A DNA stretch of 64,000 nt. Origin: Schmidtea polychroa. Its lineage: Eukaryota. The position numbers and the translations under genes are program-made. The stretch is from positions 51,772,001 to 51,836,000 of the forward strand of contig CM097885.1 of assembly GCA_044892525.1 (NCBI GenBank), written 5' to 3'. The notes below the pieces were generated by a model. It made no database searches. It was not told the origin of the DNA and saw only the letters and a program-made list of their open reading frames with translations. Position 1 is the stretch's first letter; each line of letters starts with the position of its first letter. Below are positions 1 through 14,014 of this stretch, in pieces.

Positions 1-139
1 ATTTTCTAATACTGTTTCCATCACACTTTCCTTTACTATTGATTCTGTGCGCGATCCCGCTTTTATTTGTCTTTTTTTCTTCGATTACTTTCTATTTGAA
101 TTATTATCCTAAATTTTATTTAAATTTTTTAATTTTAAT

Positions 140-357
140 TTACAGACCTCAACAAAACTTTCAAAAGGCATGCAAAGCCAATACTTCCATTGATGGAACT
201 ACCTGTATTTTTGTTTTTATATGAAGCCGTTTATTTTAAATCAAAAATCAAATATATATAATATTGAAACGAAAATCTTTTGTAGCTCTTTAAAAACTAA
301 GAAATTTTGTAAATTGTAACTTTTTGCTCTTCCTTTTCAATAGGTTGCCGACCCCTG
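140..357 (+). mobile_element. 3' end of a Buster/Charlie/SPIN-type hAT DNA transposon (5' part not seen)
   Basis: Terminal AGGTTGCCGACCCCTG (342-357; reverse complement CAGGGGTCGGCAACCT) followed by ATTTAGTT, an nnnTAnnn Buster-type site. Upstream frameshifted DLNK/LSKGMQSQYFH* resembles the Buster transposase C-terminus. Confidence 0.7.
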
Positions 358-789
358 ATTTAGTTAATTACAAGCATAATTCAGTATTGTTAAAATTCTA
401 AATTTTGTCTCTATTAATAATGGGTTTTAAAACACATTTGCCCGTCCTGTGACAGCTGTGAATTTATTTACATTAGAACATATTTCATTTTCAAATATAA
501 GATTATTATATATATATATATATATAATTAGGTTTTGATAAATATTTACTTTGTTTTAATCGTTATTAATACTTAGGCTACCAAACATTTCTAATTTAAT
601 TTGTTTTTATTACTGCTGTATTTACATGGATGAATATAATTAATATATTTAATGAATTTCTATGGCTTCTTATATTTTAGCTGCTGCCTCGGGACTTATA
701 TATTCTACAGGTGTTGCTAGCTGCCATAATTTATTACATTTGCTTTGTATACAAAAAAACAAGAATGAATTTATGATTGTAAAGAAGAC

Positions 790-1300
790 CCTAGTGGACA
801 GAAGTTTCTACTTAAACATGATTGATTTCTAGTGAAAAGTTATTTTGAAAAATTGCAGTACAAATTTGTAAAGAAGAATTACTGAAATTTCTAAATCCGT
901 TTCCATTACGTAATTTTCGAATGTTCTTAATTTTTCTGTAAAAGAATAAAAATAAATGAAGAACACTTAAAACAGTATTAAGAATAAAACCTACAAAATT
1001 TCCCATGAATATAAATGAAATTATAAAGGAAGTCATGAAAGAATAACCATAAAGGTCATTTGTATAATATGTGAATAAAATCAATGATAAGTATGAAATA
1101 AATATATAATGAAGAATTCTTTTGAAAACATATCAAATAGGATACTTAATAAGCTAAATAAAATGAAAGTAAATCACAAAGGAAACGTGAAAAATATCCC
1201 GGTTTGTACAAATGCAATAATGTCAAAACAAAACATTTTGGAAACCAGATGAAATAAAGATCTGAAAATGTAATTTGACAACAAGAAGAAATAAGGTGGG
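790..1300 (+). mobile_element. Decayed coding remnant, possibly the C-terminus of a non-LTR retrotransposon ORF
   Basis: Stop-riddled but protein-like frame (KIAVQICKEELLKFLNPFPLRNFRMF...IKPTKFPMNINEIIKEVMKE) followed by a frameshifted Cys/His-like end (C..CNNVKTKHFG). Family not identified. Confidence 0.3.
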
Positions 1301-3028
1301 AGTAGAATTGTGAAAGAATGTATAACTGAGTGGGAAGAGCATCAATATGTATATTATAAAAACCAAAAAATAATTAATTATTCAAAGTAAGAATAATTAA
1401 AGATTAGAAAAAATTATAAATATAATTCGCCTAATGTTAAAAGGATATATAAAAATGGATATAAAAAATATATATAAAATATATATAAATATATCGATGT
1501 TTTTGATATTCAAGAAATTTCGTCACTCCCTTTTTTATTGATTTACTGATTCATAGTATTCAAGCTTTTTAATAAATGCAATGTCAATGGAAAAGAAATC
1601 AGTGGTGAAATTTGATAAAAAAGTTCTTATATTATATAAGGTTTTTATTAAAGGATTTTATTAATAAAAATTGTTTCAAGATTAAATGGTCATTTGTCTA
1701 AATATAGAAACTTTATTTAATATTTTAGGATTCAAAATATTTGAATTCCTAATCTTTTAGGAGACGCAAAATAATAAGTGCAATTATTCATATATGTAAT
1801 ATATAATTTTATGTATAATTTATATCATTTTATTCATAAAATTTAGAAACTATATAGTTTTCTAATTTACTGATAAGAAAACAAAATAAAGACAATTAAT
1901 TTACATATTTTTTTAAACTAAATTAATGTTGTAAAAATTTTGAAAACCTTTGTATATTACCGACAATAAGTATGTCTCAGATTTATTTATTTAGATTAAT
2001 TAAATAATTTGCATGACTTCACTATAAATAGTGAACTATAAATACAAAAAAAAGTTTAAAATTTAAGTTATGAAATTGAGACTAAAAATTTGAATAATTT
2101 TCTATTTGGTAAATTTATTTCAAATATTTGGTTCTTTTATTTGATGAATGTGAAAAGCAAATTTTGATCTAAGTCTAAAAATGAATGAAGATAAAATAAA
2201 TTATAAATACAAATAGCTCAATAAAGAAAAATATAAAAACATTAACAGATAAATACATAAACTTTCATTAAAATTTTTATATTGTCGATTTCCAAATAAG
2301 TACAATTTAGGGGTTTGAAAATCTGATTAATTTATTATAATTTTATGACAGTAAAATAAAAATTATCATATTAGTTGTATTACGTTTTTTTTTATCTTTT
2401 TTTTTATTTTTTATCATGAAATTATAATGAACCAAAATTACTTAAAAATTGATTACAAATTGAGTACAAACATAAAATCTGGAGATTTTAGTTCGATGAA
2501 TGAAGAACTGTTTGGAAAATGTATTTTATTTTAATCATAAAATGTTTATAAACAAAATATGTTTATAATTTCTATTATGCCATTTAGATTATCATTAATG
2601 AACCAGTGTTCAATGAATGACCATGTTCAATGACCTTCAAGATTAATATATAGTTTACTATTTATTATAATATCTGATATTTTAAGAACTTACTTATTTG
2701 ATTAAAATGACTTACTTAAAATTTAATTTTCATTCATCATTTTCAAGAAAATAAAATTCTTTTAATCTATTAATGAAAATTTCAATAAATTAAAGATGAT
2801 TATCAGAACATGAAACTGTTCAATAAAATTTTCTATTCTCCAGATAAATAATTATCTATTGTAAATGAGACATTTTAATAAATTGGGAATTTTTTAATAG
2901 TGAAAGTTAGTTTTATTACAGATTTTAGATAAACAGATTTTTCTTTTACGTTAGCACATGTCAAATTAAATGGATACTTCCAGAAATTATATAGTTTATT
3001 TAATTATTAACATTAAAATATAATTAAT

Positions 3029-3243
<215 letters not shown>

Positions 3244-3486
3244 TGATGTTATAATAATTATAACCTATCTTTAGGAATTATCTCTTGATCTGGCTGCTCG
3301 TTTTCTATATCAATTTTACTTAAACTGTGGGACTGATATCTAAAGGGTGTCACTTTAATAATGTTTCAAAATATAATCTGATCTGACTAATTTAGTTTAT
3401 TTAAATTTACCTTTCAACTTACTAGAGTAGCAAATTCTAATTTTCGGAATTAGTTTTTCCTATATAATTTGCCTTTATGAAAGCTG

Positions 3487-3490
<4 letters not shown>

Positions 3491-3573
<83 letters not shown>

Positions 3574-3809
3574 TAACAATAACAATAAATATAAAATTAT
3601 AGTTTCTTGATGACAACATATATGTTAAATAAATAAATAATAAGATAAGTCTTTTGCTGCAATTGAAAAGAATTATCCATTAATCGAGCCTTTTTTCATT
3701 CAATATATACTTTTGAGCAAAAGGCTTATTTTATCATTTACTTGTTCAATAATAATAATAATTTTAATAATAATATTAATAATAATAGTGATACTAATAA
3801 TAATTATAA

Positions 3810-3869
<60 letters not shown>

Positions 3870-3930
3870 TAATAATAATATTAATATTAATATTAATATT
3901 AATATTAATAATATAACTTATAATAATAAT
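3491..3930. repeat. Two (AAT)n microsatellite blocks flanking a short dispersed element
   Basis: AAT arrays at about 3491-3587 and 3748-3930; source of the poly-Ile and poly-Asn ORFs. Confidence 0.95.
3588..3750. mobile_element. Short dispersed element embedded in (AAT)n (family D; second copy at 58255-58430)
   Basis: TATAAAATTATAGTTTCTTGATGACAACAT matches the reverse complement of 58400-58429; AATATATACTTTTGAGCAAAAGGCTTA matches about 58343-58368. Confidence 0.7.
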
Positions 3931-4983
3931 TATTATTTTCTTTATAAAATAGCACATTTGGAGTCAAAATACTTCACTAAAAAAATTCATATCAAATCCC
4001 AAGTATATCAGCGGTTGTAAAACTAAATTTATTTTTAAATTGAAAGATTTTTTTGACAAAAATTTCTTTAATTGAACTATGAAATTACGTTTAGAATTTT
4101 AAAGAAAAATCAGCATTTGCTAGTCAATGAACGCAACTAGACGGCAATTAATTCTCATATCCAATACGATCAAAAACTTAATTTTAATAATTTCGTATCA
4201 ATTATAATATTGCAACTATTTTCTGATTTCATTTTTATAGGTTTGAATAAAATAATAAATTAAAATTATTCATCAAATTTTTCCATCAAATTTTCACAAA
4301 ATAAATCAATTAATTGAATATTTAATTATGATTTATTGAAAAATGATTTAATGATTTAATGACAATTTGACTTATTTTCATGGAGCCGTGTTTCTTTTAG
4401 TTTCTATTATTCCCATTAATCGTTTTTTTAATTCGAATATTACTCATTATTTTTTTTTCATTTAATTAATTAACATTCACATTGTGTAGAACATCTGTAA
4501 ATTAGCCCATGTAAATTCACCATATGATAGTTTTAGAACTGCAATACTCTTTTCACTAATGTAATCATTTGTTAAAATTTGCACATCTTGTCTATTTCTA
4601 CAATATTTTTATGAAATATTTGTGAAATATCTTTTACTATTGTTAATAAAATATTTGTACGATTTAAGACTTAATTTTCCAATTATAATCATTTAAAATA
4701 ACAATATAATTTCAAATAAAAACAATTTTTTTATAGATTTTTAATTTTATTTTGTTCTCAAAAATACGGTAAACAATGTAATGATACTATTTATTATTTG
4801 TGTTGTGATTTGATATTTGATGTAATTTCTAATGTCACACTAGTTTCAAATGTATTTTGTTCTTAACAGCACCATGTAAAAAATGCAAACAGCTGAGATT
4901 GAAATCAGTTTGATATATAATATATATTATATACCAAATGTATTTTATTATTATTATTAATAATTTTATTATTAATAACTTTA

Positions 4984-5085
4984 ATAATACTATAAATAAT
5001 ATTAAAAACGATGGGTAAAGTTATTAATTATAATATTATAATTATTAACTTTACCCATCATTTTTATTATTATTTATAATATTAT
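4984..5085. repeat. Spacerless palindrome with arms of about 51 bp
   Basis: GATGGGTAAAGTTATTAATTATAAT|ATTATAATTATTAACTTTACCCATC centred at 5034/5035, few mismatches. Confidence 0.9.
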
Positions 5086-6012
5086 ATTCATCCAACGACA
5101 ATGCAACTTTAGTTATTTTAATTAATATTTGAATAGTAAAACCTAAAAATAAATTTTTTCTTTGTTTAAAGTCATTGCTACCTTGAGAAATTACATTAAA
5201 TAAGTATTAAATTCAACTGCATAAAAAACAATGTCAAGAAAATAGTATTAAAATTCCAACTAAAATACGATATTTAATAATATATAATAAACGATTGCTA
5301 GGAAACTTTGGCTTTAAAGTATATTTTCTAAAAAATATATCACCTAAAAAATAATTCAAACTTTTCGTTTGTAAACAAAACAAAATGGTCAACAATGATT
5401 TGAAAAAAAAACAAGACAGCGATAAAGTGGGAAATACAATTTACTTATGATTTATTAACAAAAATATTAGACATTCATTTTAAGCACCATTGTTAAATAT
5501 AAATTTACTTATGGACAATCTTTTAATGTTTTTTTATGAGAAAATTAAAAAAAAAGGATTATCAGCAAACAAAAGAGATGTTGTTTGAAATTTATTGAAT
5601 CAAGTTTCTTGATATAGTTATGATTTCGTTTACATTTAGGAGAAAATATTAAAATTTATTACTAGCTTTACATAATAAATGATGAAATTATAGTAAAATT
5701 CAAGAAATCCAAAGAATATAATAGAAATTAGTATCATATTTAGCGAAAAACATTGGGAGATTCAGCTGCAAAATCGAGAAATTCATATATAAAACAAAAA
5801 TAAAACTTAATTTTATAAATCTTAATTTTTAGATTTTAAATATTATTCTATAGTTACTAAAATAAATTATTTTTAAATTATGAATTATGGTAAACTTTAA
5901 AAGATAAAATATTATTCACCTTTCCAGATTAAAAGAAACGAACATTTTTAATTAATATCTTATCTTAATACGTTAATACGTTTAGATCATTTATGTAAAA
6001 ATGTTGTCAATG

Positions 6013-7943
6013 TAGGGCATCAATATCGGATAGGTTTTTCAATTCCGATATTTTGACATTAAAATTTTTCAATTCCGAAAATCCGATATTAATATAGATA
6101 TTGAACGTCTACAATTAAAAGGTTTTAAAATAAAATGTTTACTGAAAAAATCCTCATATATGAATAAATAAAAATAAAAATAAAATTGTAAGTTAACGGA
6201 ACATTTATTTCTTTAAAGAAATTTGATAAAAGTTAAGATTAAATATATTTTTTTAGTTTTTTAATTATTTTTCTTTTGATACTCTTTCTGGAAGTTGGCC
6301 CGCAGAAAACATAGAACAGTTAAAGTTTTATCTTATAAAGATGAAAGCGGTTTTGTGACAAAATTACCACTGGTGGAAATTTCCTTTTTTAATTCAACAC
6401 TGGATGGTTTTACGGTTTTCAAATATTTGCAGACCTCACGAAGATATGATCCCCGTGTCCCATTTCCCTGCGAACATCTTTCAATACATGCTTCGAACCA
6501 TTACATGTTTTTGATTTGAACTGATTTTTCCTCACTGCAAATGGCCATGTCAAGTTGCTTCTACAACAACAAGCTGGTTGAACAATCTGTTGAATCACTG
6601 TTAGACGATGTATCGGTTACTAACTCTGGCTCTCCTGTAGGTTTGCTAAGTCGCTCATACAGTTCAATCACAGCATTGTCATTTTTCGGCTGTTTGTACA
6701 AGACGTCAATTATAGCTAAGTGAATGCCGTGAAATGTCCAAAGGTTATGTGAAAAGTGGGACGATTGAGATATGCGATGAACAACTTCGCACATTTCACG
6801 GAATTCACTTAGCTATAATTGACGTCTTATACAAATAGCCGAACAAAGACAAGAAGTGATGTTGACAACACTGCCAACACTGATAATGAGAGTTACAAAA
6901 ATGATGATATGAACGATTTTGGTGATTTTGAAGTCGTTTTTGCTGAAAAGGATTACGAAATTGAGCTGTTTGAAGATTCGAATTTCACATTAAACTTCTG
7001 CAGCACTTGTTGCACCAGCTCAATGCACTTCTCTGCAGTATACGATACCCATAACTCTGACCAGTAAAAGATTTTAAAAATCTTTCTGGGTGAGCACTTC
7101 CACGTTTAAGTAACTACGATTTCTAGTCGAAGACCATTCGTCAAACGTTAGACTGAATCGAATTCCTTGAGACACTTCATCAACTTTTGATGGGCTTTTG
7201 CATAATCCATATTTCGAATTGTGGTTGCTGATTTGGGAACTTCAAACCAGCAAGCCTCGAGACACATTCTCAATTCCCAAAAAGTGATAAGCACGCAGAA
7301 GGGCAGTCCGTCCAAGAGAACGAGTCTTTACAAAACTGCAGGTAAAGTGTCATCTCACTGATTTTTTAAATGTCGGTGATTGCTGTTTTCGTTTTCTTTA
7401 GTAGCTGTACAACAGCTGACGTCGATGCTTCCAAGTTTGTAGTCAATTTTCTTTTCAGCTAAACAATATTGTGGATCTATTTTCAGATGCGTATGTAGAT
7501 TAGTGGTACTGCCACCAGTTTATTTCAGTACCTTTCAACATTTTCACACAAATTTTGTCCTCATTTGAAATCTTGAAATTGTGACATGGGTCTCTATTTA
7601 ACCATAAAAAAAATAAAATGAAAATATAAAATTGTAATTAATTAACAACTATTACAAAGAGAAAGAGTTAAAAAATATTAAAAACGAATGAAAAATGTTT
7701 TGTTCACAATTTAAAAGTAAAATCTGATAAATTTATTTTATAAAAACATTTATAATGTTTCCAGGGTTTGCATGTAGACAGGTGAAGTTAAAAGAAAGAG
7801 TAAAAAAAATAATTAGCTTAAAAAATATTTTCAATATTTTCAATATCGATACTGAGCCAAACCAATTCCGATATTTCGATACCATAAAAATGTTCGATAT
7901 TTTCGAGATCTCGGAATCGATACTATCGATATTAGATGCCCTA
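6013..7943 (-). mobile_element. Internally deleted and rearranged hAT transposon with BED-finger transposase remnants
   Basis: TIRs TAGGGCATC(T)AATATCG at 6013 and 7943; degenerate 8-bp TSD TGTCAATG/ACTCAATG. Minus-strand motifs: TGGSTTNLHTHLK (BED), SLTFDEWSSTRNRSYLNV (catalytic D), SYTAEKCIELVQQVL, HGIHLAIIDVLYK and KPSSVELKKEISTSGNFVTK...TLTVLCFLRANF (dimerisation domain). Confidence 0.92.
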
Positions 7944-9094
7944 ACTCAATGTGTCAACAATTTTAAATATCCGATGATTAAAGGTACAATAAATTAATAT
8001 TCTGAAGGTTTTTATTATAATGAATAAAAAGTAAAATCTACAGCGGCAAGAATAAATATTTTGAATGATAATATGATAATGATTTGAATGATAATAGGAA
8101 AATGAAGAATAAAGAATTCGCAAGAAACAAATAAACTTCCACAAATCAATATATTTATGAAAGAAAAACAGAGCTTCATATGGTAAAATTTGAGAGATTT
8201 TGAAAAGCAATAAAAATGTCAGCTGCTGAAAGGGTCCAAAAATAATAACAGCAAAAGCTTTTAGTACTCAACAAAATATCCTTACGCAAGTAAAATTAAT
8301 AAGCTTGCTGTAATAAATAGCAACTTTTAAGACATTTCCAAGTTATGTCGCTACCTTATACTTGGTTGATTCTACCGAAAATGTCTTTTATATATTATTT
8401 ATATATTATTTATATTAATTATATATTATTTCACTATTTTTACTATTTATTAGAATATTTAATAATTATCAAAAAAAGTGTATGCATAACATTCTCTGAA
8501 AAATGTAGTTCAGTTTTGTTGTCTCTTAATTCAATGATAGGTTTCTTTAGAAAATAGTTGTAAACAAAATTTACTTATATTTCTTGACAGTTTCGTTTGG
8601 TTTTTTTATTGCAGTTAATTAAAATTTATTTTCAATAATTCGTCAACTTGGCTAATTTGTGGTTTGAGACGGACCTTTTCTTTGAAAATAAAATATATTA
8701 TTTTCTTTTCGGTATTTTTGATTAATAGGAAATATTAAATTATTTCAGTCAAAAATATTTATTATTGAATAATCAAGTGAGAATACAAATATTATTTCAA
8801 GTTAAAAAATTTGTAAATTTATTTATTAATATTTCTTTGGTTTGTTGATTGTAAGGAAATCCGAAAATTGTAAATTCAGTTTTCAACATTTTCTTTAAAA
8901 GGATTTTATTATCATTAAAGATTTGAATCGAAATCTTGAAAATAAATATAAAACTAAAAATAAAAATAAGTTTTTAATCATAAAATTTAAATAATCTTAA
9001 ATAAAGCAATTTTGGTACTCTAAACAAACACAAAATCGAAAAAAGGTAGCAAATAAGATTACTTATAAACACATGCTTCCTACACCCCTTACAC

Positions 9095-10156
9095 CCGTCG
9101 TGCTCAAAGTGTGGCACGCGTTAGTCTATTTATTGGCAATGTTTAAACTTCCATATTTGTTAGTTTTCGAAAAAATTACCCTAACCTTGAAATCAATAAT
9201 TATTGTTTATTATTAATCTACAATCGAAAGAGATTAAAAAACAAAAAAGATTAAATATGTGTAAAAAATCAATATGGAATTTTCATCTTTAATACTAAAA
9301 TGTTATATAATATATATTTATTTACTATTGGTGTTGAAGCCATCCTTGTTTTTATTAATGTATGGTTTTATTATGTTTTGCTATGTCTTGTTTCATTTTG
9401 TTTTGTTTCAGCCATTTAAAAAAAATATGAAAGGCAAGCAATGATAATGAAAAACTTTTATTTAATATAACTGCAATTACATTTTCAACTGATATTCATA
9501 CTTCTTTAGTTGAATATCAATAAGAATTGAATGATATTCAAAGCGATAGTAGATTAAAATCAGTTTTCTTTGACATCGGAAATGATTTATTGAAATTTTA
9601 CAACACTCAAATTACTCAGGACAATTTTCCTAAAATCTGGAATTTAGCAATGAGAATCTTCTCTTTATTTGGCAAACTTATTCTTGCGAGCAATTATGTT
9701 CAGTTTTGAAAATAATTAAAAATGAACACAAGAATCAATTACTAAATTCAAATTTAAATATTCAACTTAAAATAGCGACAAATGATGATCCAATTGATTT
9801 TGAAAAATTAGCCAATAATATTAACCCTTTGCGGTCCGTAAAATAAGTTTCCCACCAGGTCCACAATTGTTTTAATGATTTTTTCTATATATGATTTTCT
9901 TGAACTAAATTGGGTTTTTTTAATAAAAGGTATTTTTTGGAATTAAAATTTTATTTTATGACAATCATATAATAAAAAATACATACAACGAAATCTGAAC
10001 CTTCCAATGACTAATTATTGTAGTGTCGAGTTAGACTCAACATAGGACCGCAAACGGTTAATGAATGATTTAAAAAAAATTTTAATTTTTTAAATTGGTA
10101 CTATTTATTTAAAAATTTTTTTTTGACACTTGTTGAAAATATTGTGGGCATCACTT
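9095..10156 (+). mobile_element. Non-autonomous Buster/SPIN-type hAT element
   Basis: Perfect 8-bp TSD CCTTACAC (9087-9094 and 10157-10164, central TA). Degenerate TIRs CCGTCGTGCTCAAA / TGTGGGCATCACTT. Transposase C-terminus FPKIWNLAMRIFSLFG/TYSCEQLCSVLKIIKNEHKNQL...LKIATNDDPIDFEKL at about 9480-9820. Confidence 0.9.
9825..10057. mobile_element. piggyBac-type MITE (233 bp) nested in the hAT element
   Basis: TTAA on both sides (9821-9824, 10058-10061); 13-bp TIR CCCTTTGCGGTCC / GGACCGCAAACGG (12/13 match). Confidence 0.88.
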
Positions 10157-11892
10157 CCTTACACCATTAAAACAATCCTGCTATCAACACTAAGTCCACA
10201 AAGACTAAGAAATTTATTAATTTCGTTTTTCTATTAATGTAAATCAAAATTTAATTAAAATATAAAATAAAAATGGAAATATTTAATAAATAAAAACCTT
10301 AGAAAAAAAAACATTCCAAATAAAACTAGTAAAATTTGAAATAAATAATTTTCCCGACTGGTGTATATTATAGAATTAACAATTATATGTTAATATTATA
10401 GAATGTTTATTAAACGTGATGAAATAGTAAATAAATAAATTTAATAAATGAATTCAATAATAAAAATGAATATTAAAAAGTTATTTAAAATAACTAAATG
10501 ATTAAATGAAAACAAGTCAAATTAATTAATTAAAATTAATTAAATGAACAATTAAACTAAACGAATTATAAACTTTTTAAAGGCTCTGTCAAACAAAGTA
10601 TAGTCATCACCATGAACAAGTAAAAACCTTACCCTGTTTCCTCGTTATTAGTCACTGGCTTAGAAGTTTTAAAATATATTTTTTATCTGAAAAAAAGGTT
10701 TGAAAAGTAGTGGCTTAATAAACAGGATACACATTCAGCTCTGCTATGCAATATATTTATGCGGTTCAGAAAAGAAACCTCAAAATTTGTTGTATAACAC
10801 ACCAACATGGCATACCATTTACTTAAACTATGACTTCTGGTGAATATAAAGTATTGAATTACGTAACATTGCTAGTGAACCGGTGATCAGATGGGCTGAA
10901 CGTTTTAATAAGTAATATTTTGGAGTGACTAGAGCACTTCCATGATTAATTTTGTGTGCATCCGATCCGATACATTTTTTTGTTTAAATGAGTGCATACA
11001 TGTTTCTGTGTGTATGTGTTAATGTGTGTCTTGTTTCAGTTTCTTTTTTCTTGAGTCATTGTGTTGTATTTTTTTATGTAGTAATGCTATTGTTAAGTGA
11101 GTTGGGATTTGATTTTGATTTGTGTTCATTCGTAAATGTTTTGGAATTTTTAAATGTTTTGGAAAATGTTTTGAAATTTTTAAAGAAATAATTTTTCAAG
11201 TAATTGTAGCTACTACAGATTTTAACAATTTCTCAACATAGTAGACTTCAAAAATTAAAATCAGATCTTTTCAGCAAAAGTTTATTCCTTGTTTCAGCCA
11301 AATATTTTAAAAACCCTTACAATGAAGATTTCTAATGCTTTACATAGCTGCATGTAATAAATTGAGCAAATAGTTAATAAAACTGATTTAACTTTATTTA
11401 CTATTTTTAAATATTTATCTACGCGGAAATGTTTCTTTCAAATGCAACATGTAAAGAATGCAATAAGTTTTAGTTGTTCCATTAAACTCGAAAAAAAGTC
11501 AAAAATATCACAAGCTAAAAGGATGAAATTTCATTGGAATAAATTGTTTAGTTCAGAAATTATTTATAAAGAAATAGATTCCTAAATGAAAGTCGAGCTT
11601 TCCTAAACAAGCATCTAAAGGTTGTCTATATGCGTAAGTATAGGCGCAACTCATTCGAATTCTATTTTGTTGTCCCTACTGTTGAACTTAGTGGCCACAG
11701 ATGTAAGTTTGAACCATTGATAAATAAATGGTAAATAATATATATAATAAATAAATGATAATAAATAATAAATAAATAATAAATAAATGACTATAATAAA
11801 TAAATGACTGAAGTGTTTAGTTTTTTTTCTAACTTAAGATGCCTTTAATACAATTAACTGAACCCCCCCCCCCATTAGGCATAATACATATA

Positions 11893-12053
11893 ATAAGAAG
11901 TAACGTATATATTGCGCTGGATTTTCTCAAATATTCGATTAGGAATACTGGTACTAAGATTTGATGGAGTTATTGATGTCATTCCATTCTTCCATGATAC
12001 ATGCATTCAGTTCAACCACGGTGCCAATTTGTCGATGGTGGACATAAATTCGG
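11893..12053 (-). mobile_element. Tc1-family transposase C-terminal fragment
   Basis: RIYVHHRQIGTVVELNACIMEEWNDI.../STSIPNRIFEKIQRNIYVTSY matches the Tc1 ELxxAIxEEWxxI...SMPNRxxxVIxxxGxxTxY terminus. Confidence 0.75.
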
Positions 12054-12905
12054 TGAACCAGCATTGTTATTTAAAATAGAGCTTATTATTAGACGTATTA
12101 TCTGCTTTTGAAAAAAGTTTTTTTTGTGATATTATTGAATGAAAATAAATGAGATTTTTAACAGTAGTTCATGGATAGTTCATTTAACAATAATTTTTCA
12201 TCTGAAATTATATTCGAAAGACTTTACAAATCAAAGTTGATTAGGATGTTGGGACAAAATTACGATATCTATTAAAGTCAAATTTCCTCAAACAAATGTA
12301 ACAGATAATGAATTGTCAAAACAATGTCAAAAGCAATGAATTCAGAGCAAATTGAATTTGTAATAAGGCCAGCATTTAATGGCTTTAAAGAAATCCTAAA
12401 TTTAACTGAACATTTTCTTTTTCAATTTCAGTAATTGTTCAATACATTTGATCTCAGGAGTTGATAGATTGTCAAAGATAAAAGAAAAATTCAGCTTTTC
12501 TTAAAAAATTTTCCAATTAATTAATTTATTTATACTTTTAATGAAAAAAAGTGTAATAAAGAATTTTAATAAATATAGTTAACTAACAACAAAACATTAA
12601 TGAAACCATTATTTTAATTGTTTATTTTATTTTTATTAATTTAATTAAATATATCGTTCCAAAACTAATTTACCTTCTGAAATTTATGTCAAAATATATA
12701 ACTTATTTCAACAATTCCTAGAAAATTTGGCATCGAAATAAAAACAGTTTAAAACATTTAAGAAAGATTTCAAATTTATTATTATATTAATATATTGTTT
12801 TAATTTTCCGATTTATTTTATTTATTTAAATATATTTTAAATGATATTATTGTATTTTAGACTAATATTATAAATGTTGAAAATTTCTTTATATTATTTG
12901 TATTA

Positions 12906-13730
12906 CTTGTATGACCCGGTAGAAATGACAAGAGGAAATCACAGATTTTATAATGTTTTTCAAAGTGAAATTTTATTTTATACATTTGTATATTTTTTAA
13001 TTTTTTAATAATATTCTCTAACATTGGTACTTTTTCAAAAAACCTTTTGTGTTCTTTTTATTTCTTCCTCGATATTAGAGGAACATAAAGTTGACCATAT
13101 GAACTTGACCCAGTAACAAATTGGTAGTCATTACAAAAGCTAAAAATACATGCAATTTATGATATCGCTTTCTGAATGCCACTAAACTTTCTCTTAGTTT
13201 TCAATGTACGGTATAAGAATTCGTTTTTCCTTATTGTTATAATTTAAGATGTTAACATCAATAAAATTGCTGTACAGATTTCAAGGACTAAAAACATTCT
13301 ATTGAACAACCATTTCTTAGGATTTAAATTTTTCAACAACACTATTAATGTAACAACTTTTAATTTAAACAAATTAGGTTACATTTGTGTCGGGCCGTGC
13401 TGGTTAAAAGATCCATTTACAAATTACGTATACATTTCTTTCCAGTTGCTTCAATATTTTCAAGTTTAAAATAATATTTAAATGGTTTCAATATGACTGA
13501 ATTTGATTTCTTAAATGTTTTAAATTTAAAATCATTTGAAATTTTAAGCATAATATCGGAATTAAAGCCTCGCAAAATTTTATTTGAAAACATTAGGAAA
13601 ATATATATTTTATACTTGAACTGAACCTATTCGTACAATATCTAGATAAATTCAGAAATCTAGTGCAATTCTTTTGGAACTAACAATGATGTTTTCTTCA
13701 ATGTAACCCCAGTTGCTTCACTCATATATA
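12906..13730 (-). mobile_element. Helitron 3' remnant with PIF1-like helicase C-terminal motifs
   Basis: LKVVTLIVLLKNLNPKKWLFNRM (cf. LKVGxxIMLLRNLNPxxGLCNGT), RILIPYI, LAFVMTTNLLLGQ (cf. LAFAMTINKSQGQ) and SYGQLYVPL (cf. SHGQLYVAL). Degenerate 3' end ACCGGGTCATACAAG|T near 12906. Confidence 0.8.
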
Positions 13731-13887
13731 ATATATATGTTTATTTAATTTAAACTAATTTACTACTAATTAAAAAAAAAGTTTTAAACTGATATATTTA
13801 TTTTGTAAAAATGGTTTAATGAGAAAATTTAGCGACAAATTTTTTAAAAATCTTAATAAAAGAATATAAGATTATATATAATATATC

Positions 13888-14014
<127 letters not shown>

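Noticed and set aside
3437..4020. Poly-Ile and poly-Asn ORFs (also 17003, 42569, 49564, 58113, 58741)
   Set aside because: Translations of (AAT)n, (TAT)n and (TA)n microsatellites
10630..10735. Possible Tigger-like inverted ends
   Set aside because: Too degenerate to call
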